Assembly (NCBI RefSeq): GCF_963676685.1
Contig: NC_092353.1
Coordinates: forward strand, 806,001-870,000
Source: Mytilus edulis
Taxonomy: Eukaryota
Direction of reading: 5' to 3'
DNA length: 64,000 bases
Made by a program: the position numbers and the translations under genes. Shown piece after piece: positions 48,001-60,349 of the stretch (its first letter is position 1; each line of letters opens with the position of its first letter). The notes beneath the pieces were generated by a model, which was given only the letters and a program-made list of their open reading frames with translations, made no database searches and was not told the DNA's origin.

Positions 48001-51000
48001 TTTAGTGATGTTTTCCCTGTTTTTAACTGATTGTAAGTGTGTAGTGATGTTTTGACTGTTTTTAACTGATTGTAAGTGTGTAGTGATGTTTTGACTGTTT
48101 TTAACTAATTGTAAGTGTGAAGTGATGTTTTCAACCTTAATTCTCTGGAAGAATATGTTAGTTTTATTTTTCAATTTTTATGAGTGGGTTAATATTTTCA
48201 TCTATTTCAGACTTATTTTAAGTGTGTAGTGATGTTTTGACTGTTCTAGACTTACGGTCAGTGAGTGATGAGGTTTTGACTGTTCTAGACTTACGGTCAT
48301 TGGGTGATAAAGTTTTGACTGTTCTAGACTTATGGTCATTGAGTGATGAGGTTTTGATTGTTCTAGACTTACGGTCATTGAGTGATGAAGTATGACTGGT
48401 TTAAATGACTCCTCCATACTGTTTCTAGAGTATAGACGACTGTTCCTGGTATATTTTCTCTGTGTTTTGTTAGGGTCTGTAGGAGGTTTGTTTGGGAGGT
48501 AAGGGACTACTTACGGTCAGTGAGTGATGAGGTTTTGACTGTTTTAGATGACTCCTCCACACTGTTTCCAGAGTAAAGTCGACTGTTCCTTGTATATTTT
48601 CTCTGTGTTTTATTAGGGTCTGTAGGAGGCTTTGGAGGTAAGGGACTAGATGTACTCTCTGAACTGTCCAAGTCTAGAATCTGTGGGGTCTGAAGATAAG
48701 AACATTTTATTATCATCCATACATCAATAGACTAAAGTTTCAATGGCTGGGTTGCAAAACTGATTAGAAATTTTAATACTGATTTTTAAAAAGTTGTAAT
48801 AAAACAAATACTAGATAATGATGCAATCAGTACTTTCTTGCATGAATGATACAGCAAATCAAATCAAATGAGTAATAGGGCCACACATATATTATATTTT
48901 GAAAACAAATGAAACTTCACAGGCTTTCTAACCAGATGCTCCGCAGGGCGCAGCTTTATATGACCGCAGAGGTCGAACCCAGAACGGTTGGGGCAGGTAT
49001 GGACACAACATTCAAGCTGGATACAGGTCTGAATTTGGATTGTGATTAAATAGTTGATACAGCATAGGTTTTTGACACAGAATGAATGGGTCTAATGAAC
49101 TTAAAAATATTTTTTTGCTTTTGAGCAATTCACTATGCTGTTGAATATTAATCCTCTCAAAAAAAAATGTTTGAAGAAAATTTCTGAAATCTGAAATGAG
49201 AAAAATTGAACCCCCCCCCCCCCATTTTTTTTCACCTCCCCCTTTCCCTTATTCCAAAAATGATCTCATTTTAAATACTAATGGAGTTTGCAACAATAAC
49301 TACTCATTTAAATACATCATAAAATATTAAAATATAAAATGTCATACAGTCATGGTTAAAATTAATATTAATTAATAATAACTGCTAAAAAAATAAATGG
49401 GGAATGTGTCCAAAGGGACACAGACGACGCCCCTGCAAACATATAAAGTTATAAAGGGACATAACTTTAGAACTGTAAAAGTGAAGCTGCCAAAAATTGA
49501 ACCAAAACTGAGTTTAGAGGTAATAAGCATTATATACACATTTCATTAAATTTAGTTAAGACAAACTTAAGTTAAGAGAACAAAAACTATAAAAATTATT
49601 CAATTTTTCACTTGTAAAGGGGCATAACCCTAGAGTTGTAATCAAAGTGCTTGTAATCACTGAATGGTAAAGATTGCTTTAATTTATCAGTTGGTAGTAA
49701 AGTGAATATTGCATTGTATATTGTATATAGCATTGACTTAAGTCTATTCAACTACTATTCTGGACAAAGAAAGATAACTCCAATTTTCAAAGAAGATTAG
49801 TTTTAGGTGATTCAACAACCATTCTGGACACAGAAAGATAACTCAAATTTATTGTCTTGAAACTACAAAAATGCTTGTTTTTGGCCCCTTTTTTGCCCTG
49901 TTTTCCTAGACTGTTTGCCCGACAACCCTTAAAATATATCCCAACCATCTACTTATGGTATTACACATTGTGGTACAATTTCAGAACAATGGAAATACTT
50001 ATACACAACTTATTGTCCTGACACTAGATAAATGCTTGTTTTGGGCCCCTAATTCCTAAACCTTAGGGACCATAACCCCCAAAATCAATCCCAAGCTTCT
50101 TTTTGTGGTTATAAACATTGTGTTAAAATTTTTATTGATTTCTATTAACTTATACTAAAGTTTTCCTGACACTAGATATATGCTTGTTTTGGGCCCCTTA
50201 TTCCTAAACCTTAGGGACCATAACCCCCAAAATCAATCCCAAGCTTCCTTTTGTGGTTATAAACATTGAGTTAAAATTTTATTGATTTCTATCAACTTAT
50301 ACTTAAGTTCTCCTGACACTAGATAAATGCTTGTTTTGGGCCCCTTTGGCCCCTAATTCCTAAACCTTAGGGACCATAACCCCCAAAAACAATCCCAAGC
50401 TTCCTTTTGTGTTTATAAACATTGTGTTTAAATTTTATTGATTTCTCTTCACTTATACTAAAGTTATTATCCAGAAACCATCCGTCTTCAGGAGACGCTG
50501 ACGACGATGATGCTGCCGCTGCCGACGACATGATACCAATATACGACAGCAAAAATTTTTGCGGTCGTATAAAAACCTTACATATTACACAAATATAATT
50601 TTTATTCATGTAAAATGAAGATTTACAGATTTTTTCATCTGGTTCTAAAATAAGTACAAAATTACTTCATGTATTGTTTTTTAATAATTCTGGTAAATAT
50701 TTCAGAATGTCATAAAACAACTTGGTTGAGTGAATCAGGTGGTAATGTATTTGGCAGTTAATGGTTGATGGGAAATATGAAAATAGATTGAATATGTACG
50801 ATGTAAGCGTATGTATTGATATCAATAAAGTTATCTAGAAATTGTTATGTAGGTAGATTTTACCCCACCAATTCACCATAGCTGATAATATGGTACTCCC
50901 AAACAAAAGTCCTTCGGGAAATCAAAAATAATTTCATATATAACAATTATATTTGAATGCTTTAAAACTAATGCAATCAATAGATAATCTTCTGGGTTTT

Positions 51001-53876
51001 TTTTTCCACTGTAGAGCAAAAAAAAACCCACCATAACAAACATAATGGATTGGCAGAATGTTAATCCACCTGAGCCACATAGATTAACATAAAGAACAGT
51101 GAATGCTTACTTCTTCAGGAAAAGACGTAGATATAAGACCAGGCTTCTGAAAATGTAAGATGTCATGTGAAGGATGTGATCAAGATAAAGTCAACTGATT
51201 CATTCCTGTTATTCATTTACATAGAATTTAAAACTTTAAGGTAGCACAATACAAAGATTTTTCATACCCAATCAGACATCTTTAAACTGATGTAATTCCA
51301 CTCATCCTACTTTAATGTTTTATAAATGAGGTACCAAAAGAAAAAAGAATGATTAATCTTTCAAATTGTGATAATTTCATTATGACATAATCATTACATA
51401 ATTAATTGTTATGTAATTAGTTGCTATATTGTGATGTCCATTTTTGAATGAATTTAGCTTCTTTGTTATTCATAGCATCCCAAAATATTTTATAGATTCT
51501 TGCACAACACAGTTTGACCTCCAAAACGGTGTCTCAGATTTTTCCTATTGTATTTCATTCTCTCATAAATCTTCAATAAGTTTGCAACATCAATTCATAA
51601 GAGATCACTAAATTCAATTGGGTATAAAATTTGTTCTATTGATGTTTTTTGAAATCTGAGACACAGTTTTGGAGGTCAAGCTGTGTTGTACAAGAATCTA
51701 TAAAATATTTTGGAATGCTATGAATAACAAAGAAGCTAAATTCATTCAAGTATGGACATCACAATATAGCAACTAATTACATAACAATTAATTCTTTTGG
51801 TACCTCATTTATAAAATATAAAGAAGGATGAAATGAATTACATCAGTTTAAAGTTATCTGATCGGGAGTGAAAACATCTTTGTATTGTGCTACCTTAAGT
51901 CTATGTTCAAATTTAATTTTATTCACTTTTTTCTTACAAAGTATACTGCTAACTCTCTCTCTTCTTGTTATTAATAATTCAAATCAGAATAACAACTTCC
52001 AGTTATAAAATAAATGTGAAACTTTTGATGATAATCAGGAATTCATCATTATAGGAAAAGAGTATATATATTCACATGCTTGTTATTATCAGTATGAAGA
52101 AACAAATATAGATAGCAAAGTTTTATGAAAGATTTTTTATATTTTCAAATAACATTATTGCTAGAAACACAATCAGTTATTGAGTTGGTACATGTTCAAT
52201 TCTATACAACTAGGATAAATTTTTATGTGGTGTGATCTGTTTCCTATGACGTCATCATTTTAATTTTAAATTTTACACATTCTCTTTCTGAACTACTTTT
52301 GATTGGATGAGCATAAAATGTTAACATGATTAAATCCTGTCCACACAATTTTCTAACTTTTTATACTTGTAGTTCCTAGCGATATTTTAGAAATCAGACA
52401 AACTATAGTTAGTCTAAGGGGTAACATGACCAAATCAAAGATTACTATAATTTTATATAACAGAACGTGTGTATGCAGGTGCAAGTACATGTAAAATGTT
52501 ACGTCCTGATATAACTCTTAAAATATCCATAAAACCAGCAATACAAATTATATATGTATATTTCATTGAACTAAATTGTAATTTCTATGGTCATTACTGT
52601 GTGTAGCTATAGCTATATTTTTTTTTTATATATGTATGTTTCAGAAATTATTTATGAAAAAACTGCTTTTTTACCTATTTTTAACACAACAACTCCATAC
52701 AATACATCCACAAGTTGTGTTTACATTGTACATGTACATTTTATAAGAAAGCATGCATGAAAAGCTCACAAGAAAATGTGCATTAGTATATATATGTAAC
52801 ATTTCAACATTAACTCACATGGTCCAATGGTATTAACCTGGCCCCTGAAACAGGTCTGGATTCTGGTCCATCAAAATGTTTGGATGAAAGGCTAAAACAA
52901 AATAATATTTGTTTCATGACTCATTCAATCTCACAAAATATATTTTCCAGAAAACGTTGAAATTTTTACAAAAAACATAAATATATTTCCTATTCACAAA
53001 CAGAAACAATTCACCCTCTATAACTCTGGAGTTCAACCTGGGTTGTAGGTTCCTAATGTTATATCTGAATATTTTTGTGCTTTTGTTGACTGTTGTTGGG
53101 TCCTTTTGATCATTTTATACTTTTGTTGAGTTGTTGTCTTTCCATGACTTTTCATTGCCTCCTTGATATCATCCCCTTATCTTTACCATTACATAGCTAT
53201 AGCTGATTTATGAAAAGGAGGTAAAATATAAATAACATACACATACTTGCAAAACTCCATTGCTATATGGAAATTCCAAAACAACATAAACAAATAGAAG
53301 GAGGATTTGTTCATTGTTATAGAGAAATGAGGAAATACTATACACAAAGTAGGGAATAAGCCCATTATCATTCATATATCATGTACATGTAGGAAAATTT
53401 AAATCCACATTGTAGGGGACACAACTCCATTCTCATAGAAATTTTTTAACATTCAACATTAAAGTTTAACCAGTAATACTAATTGCACTGATATTTGAAT
53501 TTATTATTACTTTTTCAATAGACCCATCTAATAACATGAATAAGATCTATAGATTACAGGAATGCTTGATCTTATAACAAGTAATTAATAGTAAACTTTG
53601 TATTAAAGAGAAAAGTTTCTATACATGATCATTTGAAGATCAAGATGAGACATTAAATCACCTGAATGCACTGGGCGGTCTAGAATCTGGATTTCTACAT
53701 GTTGTCGTGGGAAACAGACTTCGACGTTCATCTCTTGGAGTAAATGGCCTCTTTGTTGGAAGTGACCGTGGGTTTTTTATACTTCTTTTAGCATCACTTA
53801 TTATTTCTGATGGTGTTGGTACATTTTTAGGAGGAATATAAAATGGTCTCTCTGGTTTGTTCTTCTTCTGATCCAT
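36031..53876 (-). CDS. ARMC2: Armadillo repeat-containing protein 2 (cilia/flagella assembly factor), 20 coding exons, ~878 aa
   Basis: Exons (minus): 53876-53662, 52891-52819, 51146-51111, 48689-48515, 47482-47293, 46861-46782, 46271-46170, 45630-45455, 44625-44523, 44328-44156, 42463-42413, 41972-41827, 41536-41437, 40219-40079, 39880-39703, 39271-39149, 38785-38672, 37866-37734, 36884-36724, 36197-36031. All GT-AG, phases consistent, total 2637 nt. N-terminus PFY..SEIISDAK..RPFTP..RPPSAFSL..SRPVSGARL.PL and motifs QLTAAMRNLAD, VVRVCFILGNMTAKN, SRVFGNLT, DWELASMVCQILWN resemble vertebrate ARMC2 as I recall it. Confidence 0.9.
40240..40572 (+). repeat. Abundant (Penelope-associated) interspersed repeat in an ARMC2 intron
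   Basis: GGTGCCACATGTGGAGCAGGATCTGCTTACCCTTCCGGAGCACCTGAGATCACCCC...TTTGGTATCTTTCGTCCCTC; degraded copies at ~1450-1530 and ~6995-7170. Confidence 0.7.
40948..41283 (-). repeat. Abundant interspersed repeat (other copies ~27520-27878, 36578-36660, 58813-60350)
   Basis: Shared end AAATTGAGAATGGAAATGGGGAATGTG.CAAAGAGACAACAACCCGACC and internal GACAGGCGCAAAAATGCGGCGGGGTTA. Confidence 0.8.
43373..44163 (-). repeat. 57-bp x ~14 tandem array containing the ARMC2 exon 10 splice donor
   Basis: Each unit (minus strand) carries ATAAAACA|GTGAGTATATATA, matching the true donor at 44155. Confidence 0.95.
44891..45227. mobile_element. MITE with ~45-bp TIRs
   Basis: TATAACAGGCTATTATTTGAACTTGGAATTATTTT ... 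AAAATAATTCCAAGTTCAAATAATAGCCTGTTATA. Confidence 0.75.
47985..48510 (-). repeat. Duplicate of the ARMC2 exon 4 3' part followed by 39-bp donor-containing and derived tandem repeats
   Basis: 48373-48510 copies 48515-48650. The 39-bp units read AAAACCTCATCACTCACTGACC|GTAAGTCTAGAACAGTC; related 39-bp units lie at 47990-48130. Confidence 0.85.
48920..50576 (-). mobile_element. Helentron/HINE-type element with internal ~150-bp repeats
   Basis: End TATACGACAGCAAAAATTTTTGCGGTCGTATAAAAA hairpin next to a (GAC/GCC)n microsatellite; repeated AAATGCTTGTTTTGGGCCCC..GACCATAACCCCCAAAATCAATCCCAAGCTT units. Confidence 0.75.
51240..51894. mobile_element. 655-bp foldback MITE, TTAA TSD, GG termini (Kolobok-like)
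   Basis: TTAA-GGTAGCACAATACAAAGAT ... ATCTTTGTATTGTGCTACC-TTAA. The arms pair over roughly 250-300 bp with one internal deletion in the right arm. A similar TTAA-GGTGGTACC end occurs at ~47578. Confidence 0.85.
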
Positions 53877-56167
53877 TGCTGTTGGAGTTTGTGATTCAAG
53901 TCATTATTTCGTCCTGAAACATAAACACCTTATATTGAATCAAATTATTAACGCTCTTAGTTGTTCATCTCGACTGACTGTGTCCACTTTGGATTTATCT
54001 TAAGAACATTTCTTTTTGATCATTTTGGCAAGTAAAAGATTCACTCTTAGCCTAGATCTTTTGTTAACTGAGAAATCTATTGCCAATCCCTGACAATTAA
54101 CCTCACTTGCAACTCACCCGACATTTTTTTTTTACCAACTTATGGAAAAGGGTAAAAAACAGGTAATCTTACTATCATAGGTCTGACATCTTGCCCAACT
54201 TATGATAAGGGTTAAAATCTCACTGAATATAGGTCTGCCAAGTAGTTTCGTAATTTTGCAAATAAATTAGAATTTAGCTATTCTCCAATTAATGTGTAAA
54301 TCACATAATTATTATGTACATTTGTATCTACAATGATATTTTAAGAATTGAAACATCATTTAATTTCAATAATTAATCATATATATTAAATTTTTTATAT
54401 TTTACACATTTTCATAAATGGGGCGAGTTGGCAGGAGTCATTAAATGAGGATACTGTAGTACAGTGTAATGCCCCTTATCATCAGGCGTGAAATGATAAT
54501 TTTCGGCAACCTTTAGCGGAAAATTGGTTAAAATATTACCTTGATTCATCTGATGCTCAAATAATTCATGTTACATGTACCACTATTTTTGGAAAAAAAT
54601 TAACGTAATTCATCAAAATCAGTTCATTCTAAATCATTTTAAAGAAAGTGTACATTTTATTGTCATGCACCAAAAATTACTGTTAACGTCATTTATCAAG
54701 AATTTTTACCAGTATTCATCATCAGTGTTCTAGCCAGGATTTGAATAGGGAATGGTGCTAGTCAGAAAAAGGGCAATTTTACACGTTAATTAATGTCACT
54801 GAAAAAAAGTAATTATTTAAGCCTCATTATTAATTAGCACATAACTTTTATTATGCATTCTGGTAAATTCAAGTTTCAGTTAAAATGGAGTTTATATTTC
54901 AATACTTCTGGCACATTTTCATATGGTTGACTTCTTTAATATATGGTCATGATGCTGAGACCCTTTTAGGAAGCTGTTTCCTTCATATTATATTGTTGCA
55001 GTTACAATACCAGCCTCATTAAGTATGCAAACAAACATTGCGATTTTTTTTATACTTCATTGCACTTAATCATGTTGATAGAGTAGTTAATGGAAGAAAA
55101 GATGTAAAATATAATTTACAAAATATTTATTTTTAAAGTGTATTCAAGTGAAAATAATTTAAATTCATATTCTAATAAAATATGCATTAATTAATTTCAT
55201 ATTTAATCCTTTAAATAAAAAAAACATAAATTTAAGGAATATATAGTGAACAGGGGATAAATAAGGAGAAAGGACTCGTTTTGTTGATATACACAAATTA
55301 CAAAAATGAATTATGTATAACCTGAGTAAAGCTAAGGTAATTGGTGTCGAAGCATTGGTGTAATTCACAATGTGTTTGACACCAAAGCTGTCAGGAGAAG
55401 CCACACACTTAATGGGTTACTTAATTTGACAGTTTGCATAGGTAGCGAAGAATACATGAATTACGAATTTACTGGTATGTTGAAGGCAGACATTGCCAAT
55501 TGCTGTGCCATGTTCAAACTTTTTAGCTAGTACACTGTCACTGATCATGAAGGTACCCCCATTTATACCATGATTACGGCCCAGTAAATTTAACTGGATC
55601 TAAAACTTTTTCAGAACATATTTTGGTTACCAGTGTAGGGCTTGTTGGTTAACAAGAGTGGGTCGAGTTATCTTGCTTCCTGTCAAGTCAGAGTGTGGAG
55701 CCTTCATGCAGAGATTTAAATTGTCTATTCATGAAATAATATTTCACCACAGTTGCCTGAAAATAATTAACCAAGGAAAAGTCTAAAGAAAACTATATTA
55801 CTATTCTTCTTTAGTTACAGAAACCCATCAACATTTTGAAGATTACATTCTGGCATTAGTATTAAATGAGAGAGCAATGAAGGCAAGAGAAACTCAAGAA
55901 AAGAAGTAAAGTATCTAAATGTGTACAATATATTACTTTACCTCAAAATAAGTAAATAAAAGACCCTTGTAAAAGTATGAGATTGGTCCCAACCTGATGA
56001 AACAAGTACCTGTGACAGGCTGTGTCTGTGTCAAGAAAAAGAAATTTTTTAAAAAAGATTTGTGCTATTGTTATGGTACAGTTCATTTCTTCGGATTTTG
56101 ACGTGTAGTTACAATCGTCTTTTTAAAGATATGTTGCTTTTATAAAAGACCTATATGACTTTAAAAT

Positions 56168-56250
56168 TACCTAAGATAATTTCAAAAGGCGAATCCAAGG
56201 AATGTTTGGGTTCACAACCATCACGCATGCGCAATGCTCTACCGGAAACA
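56168..56250 (-). promoter_or_regulatory. Candidate ARMC2 promoter / non-coding first exon
   Basis: NRF1-like CGCATGCGCA (56224-56233), ETS-like ACCGGAAAC (56241) and a donor TAG|GTAATT at ~56170. The first coding exon has an acceptor at ~53914, so an upstream exon is expected. Confidence 0.45.
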
Positions 56251-56254
56251 AAAA

Positions 56255-58810
56255 TAGAGAGGGTACACCTAAAATATGGATTGCCTATATCTGAAAGCAT
56301 CTGAAAGTTTGTCATACAGCTTGATAATTAAAAATTCGCAAAAAGTCGGATATCATGAATAAAAAAAAAAAGACCAATTAAACAAGTTTTGGATTGTAAT
56401 ATGAGCTACTTTAAATGCCAACTAACCAAGCCAATAATTCACTATGTCCCTACATATATAGCCTGTTTTTGGCCAAAATGTAGTTTATATAATGCTTTTT
56501 TTTTAAAGTAATAAAAAGAATGGATCACGGGGCTTATTTTCACGCTACACGCTGTTCAAAATTGACAGATTTTGTATAGATTAAGCATGGAAAACCAAGT
56601 TTTCTGCAATAAAGCGTAAACTACACCATAGAATTTTGAGATAACATATGAGAAGATAGCTTTAATAGTATGCTTTCAGTTAAGAAAAAGAAAAAAATGG
56701 GTAACCAGACCCGTTTTCTTGCTACATTATAAAATAGGAAAATTCCTAACACATTCTATTGTAGAATTACCTTTATCTGAATTATCTGCCCTTGCATTTG
56801 AGTTGCCCCCCCCCCCTAAGTGGCAAAGTTGGAAAAAATTTAAACAAACAAAAGTTTTCTGTTTTTTGTAAAATACAACCATAAATATGATAAAACATGT
56901 CATTTTCTATATTGTATAATAGTCCCAGATTGAGATGAAATATTTAAGGGTTCAAAAATATATAATGTTAGGTATTTTTAAAAAAAAATTATGTAGTATT
57001 TTTTGTACTTCACTTTTATAAATTTTATTTCATTTATTATAAATTCGTTGTTTCAGTACTTAATATTAAAAGACTTGCTTAAGAATCATACTTGTCAAAA
57101 TAGCATTTGACCTAAAAAAAAATAGTTTTCTAAAAGTCTACCAAGATATCTGAGTGGGAAAATTGATTTTTTGGGGTGAAAATAGCAAAATTTGTCAAAA
57201 ATAGTGAAAAACTGGGATAAGCTTGTTTAACATTTATTTTAGAAGATAATCCTTTCAAACCAACAGTTTCAAAACAGTTCATACAGTGTTTCTGAAATGA
57301 CATAATTAAAATTTTATTGTATAAACATGAAGTTTTAGGTGAAAACATCAGATTTTTGTTGGAATTTGAGAATCACAAAGCGTGAGATGATTACAAAAAC
57401 AGGCAGGGAAAATATAGATTATGGTAATAGAAGTTCATTTGATATTTCAAAAAATGACACAAACCTTTGTTTTAATCATTTCAAAACTTAACAGCAATTC
57501 TTAATTGGGTATATGATGATTTTGGGTAAAATATAAAATCATCCAAAAATCGTTAAAACCTGGAAAAATACCAATTTGGAGTTTTAACTGTTTTTAAATC
57601 ATTCCAAAAAAGAAAAATGCAAATCTTAGTATAATAATAATCAGTTCAAACAAATTCATTGTAAAATAAATATAAAAATAACTGATTTGGGATGAACAAA
57701 CTAAATTTGGTAAAAAATCGTCAAAAAACTGCACAAAACTTAAAAATTCATAGTTTTTCAGAAAATCATTTAAGTCAATGTTGGTTAAAATTAATTGATA
57801 TTCTTTATATGAAAAAATACAATGCTTAAATTCATACTATTTTAACCACCAAGATATTTTAAGCGAAAATCTAAGATTTGTTGACCATGCATAATAAGAG
57901 GCAATAAGTCTTATTGACCAAAACGGATGATAATCAAAAAGTAAATGACAAAATACATGGAAACATTTTTTTGAATATTATTCCATAGTTTTCTGTATAC
58001 AACAAATATATATTCATCGGTAAAGCCAGATTCAGTAATAGGAACAGAATTAAAACAATTCAAACCACAACATTCACCACAACCTACCTACAACTGAAGA
58101 CCATTTTTTTCTACAGACACATCATTTGGTGTCGCAGTTTTGCTGACAGTTGTATATAATAATGTTAAGAAGTTTATCAGGTGCAGGAGGAAGTTCCATC
58201 AAAATTGGACAAAGTTTTCTACGTCAAGTCTGTGGGATCTATGTCAACTTATTGTGATATTCAATTTTGGCACTGATATTACACTCTTTGAGACTATGTA
58301 ATTGCCCTGCTTCGGTTGTTTGTGGTAAAATGAAAAGATGTGATTCCAGTAATTACTCTGGATGTGAATTTTCTCTAGAGAAGAATTTCAAGTCCTTCAA
58401 GACGAAATCCTCTATATAAACACTTGATCGCTAATTCGGGCCCGCTTCTTCTCCTGCTTTAATGATATTTGCTATAATGAATCGTTATTCATGAAAACTT
58501 GACCTTGCATTTTCAGATATTCTTGGTTAAGTATGTTTTTAATGAAAGTCCTTTGCCTATTCCAAAAATCTTCGATGTTGAGTCACAACCTGTTATAGAA
58601 TGCAAAAAGGCAACAATTCACAAAAATTCTTCCCAAGAAATCCCTTAGTCTTGTATTTTCCATATTTTTTTTATTTTTTTTGTTTATTGCCAATTTATCA
58701 GATTTAGAAATAACCCTTTTCCACTGCTGATTATCATGATGAATAAGTAGCACTAATAAATCTGTATAGCTGTTAGCGCAATAAAAAGATCTGCATGATC
58801 AGTTGCATTC
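56255..58810 (-). mobile_element. Decayed AcademX-like DNA transposon, 3' portion (XPG-like nuclease remnant + Cys8 finger + long terminal region)
   Basis: Minus-strand translation near 58030-58200 gives ELPPAPDKLLNIIYNCQQNCDTK*CVCRKNGL..VGCGECCGLNC. The region is the inverted homologue of 61500-62468. The candidate terminus begins TAG. Confidence 0.7.
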
Positions 58811-59603
58811 TTAAATTGAGAATGGAAATGGGGAATGTGTCAAAGAGACAACAAAAACCCGACCATAGAAAAAACAACAACAGAAGGTCACCAACAGGTC
58901 TTCAATGTAGCGAGAAATTCCTGCACCCGGAGGCGTCCTTCAGCTGGCCCCTAAACAAATATATACTAGTTCAGTGATAATGAACGCAATACTAATTTCC
59001 AAATTGTACACAAGAAACTAAAATTAAAATAATACAAGACTAACAAAGGCCAGAGGCTACTGATTTGGGACAGGCGCAAAAATGCGGCGGGGTTAAACAT
59101 GTTTATGAGATCTCAACCCTCCCTCTATACCTTAATTTAGCCAATGTAGAAAAGTAAACGCATAACAATACGCACATTAAAATTCATGAAGTTCAAGAAA
59201 AGTCCGAGTCTGATGTCAGAAGATGTAACCGAAGAAAATAAACAAAATGACAATAATTCAAAAATAACAACAGACTACTAGCAGTTAACTGACATGCCAG
59301 CGCCAGACTTCGTTTAAACTGATTGAAAGATTATGATTTCATCATATGAATATCAGGCACAATCCTTCCCGTTAGGGGTTTAGTATCATACCATCATAAC
59401 ATATATGAAAAGAACATAACCCGTGTCATGCCAACAACTGGTTTTTGAATAAATGTGTTTAGTTCCGATGCAAAGACTCTACAAGTGAATCAATATTCAC
59501 GCCAAAATATGCAATCTTTACTGAATGACCTGCCAACAGTATCGTAACTATATCCCTTCTTAATAAGTCTATTTAAAGGTTTTGTTAGTTTCTGAGGTTA
59601 ATA

Positions 59604-60222
59604 TATATGTGGTGGTGTTTAACGACCTTGACTGGCTATACAGCCCTCGCACGGTCGGCTCGGTGCCCGAAGGCGTTTGGTGAGCTTTATCATATTTTGA
59701 TGCCATGGGTCAGGAACAAGTAGTGGAGGTCGCAATATGTAGGCCGCCATCTTGGTTTTGGTGAGTTGTTTTTCTTTTGTTGACTATTTTGATGTTGGTT
59801 TACTTCACAACGGCTGCTTTCAGGGCCAGTTTGGTCAGCTTGGCAGCACGCTAGCCTCGATGATGGAGTACTGGTAGATGATCTCGGACGTAGTTCGAAA
59901 GATGACAGGAAGCGTTATCAGGACCAAAGCCGTGAGGCAGTGAAATGAAGGTCGTATCACCCAACAGCCTAGGATACAGCCCTCGGACGTTAATCGGCAT
60001 AACACTCCCCATGATACAATGGTTTTGGAGTGCATGTTAACGCGGGTACGCCAACTACTACGTCTATCTGTACGGCATGGATTGGTTTCTGTCATCTTAA
60101 GTAGTAAGTCGTTGATATCTAACTGTAAACCCTCATCGAAGATAGCGGGTAAAGGAGAGCTGGCCCAGCACGTCCGTTCAGCTGTAATGACTGAGACGTG
60201 ACTGAATTGGATTGAATGGATT
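59604..60222 (-). mobile_element. ~620-bp non-autonomous retroposon (internally deleted Nimb/I-like LINE) with 11-bp TSD
   Basis: TGAGGTTAATA is duplicated at 59593 and 60223. GC-rich body. The minus-strand 5' end reads CATTC/CAGTC and the 3' end GGTCGTTAAACACCACCAC+(AT)n. Internal YY1 motif CAAGATGGCGGC. It interrupts another repeat that resumes afterwards. Clade call is inference. Confidence 0.7.
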
Positions 60223-60349
60223 GTGAGGTTAATACTGACGTTTTTGGGCTTTATAAAGAATATTTCCATAAAAAATTTGAACGTATAAGAATTCTGCATG
60301 TTGAACTATATTTACGAATGATGTCCTTATACCGATGATCTGATGTCAT

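Noticed and set aside
56236-56249. RFX X-box for the ciliary gene ARMC2
   Set aside because: GTTTCCGGTAGAGC matches only one half-site well; too weak to call.
59835-60299. 154-aa and 60-aa ORFs in the GC-rich insert
   Set aside because: No recognisable motifs; the longer one crosses the TSD boundary; both are explained by GC-rich retroposon UTR.
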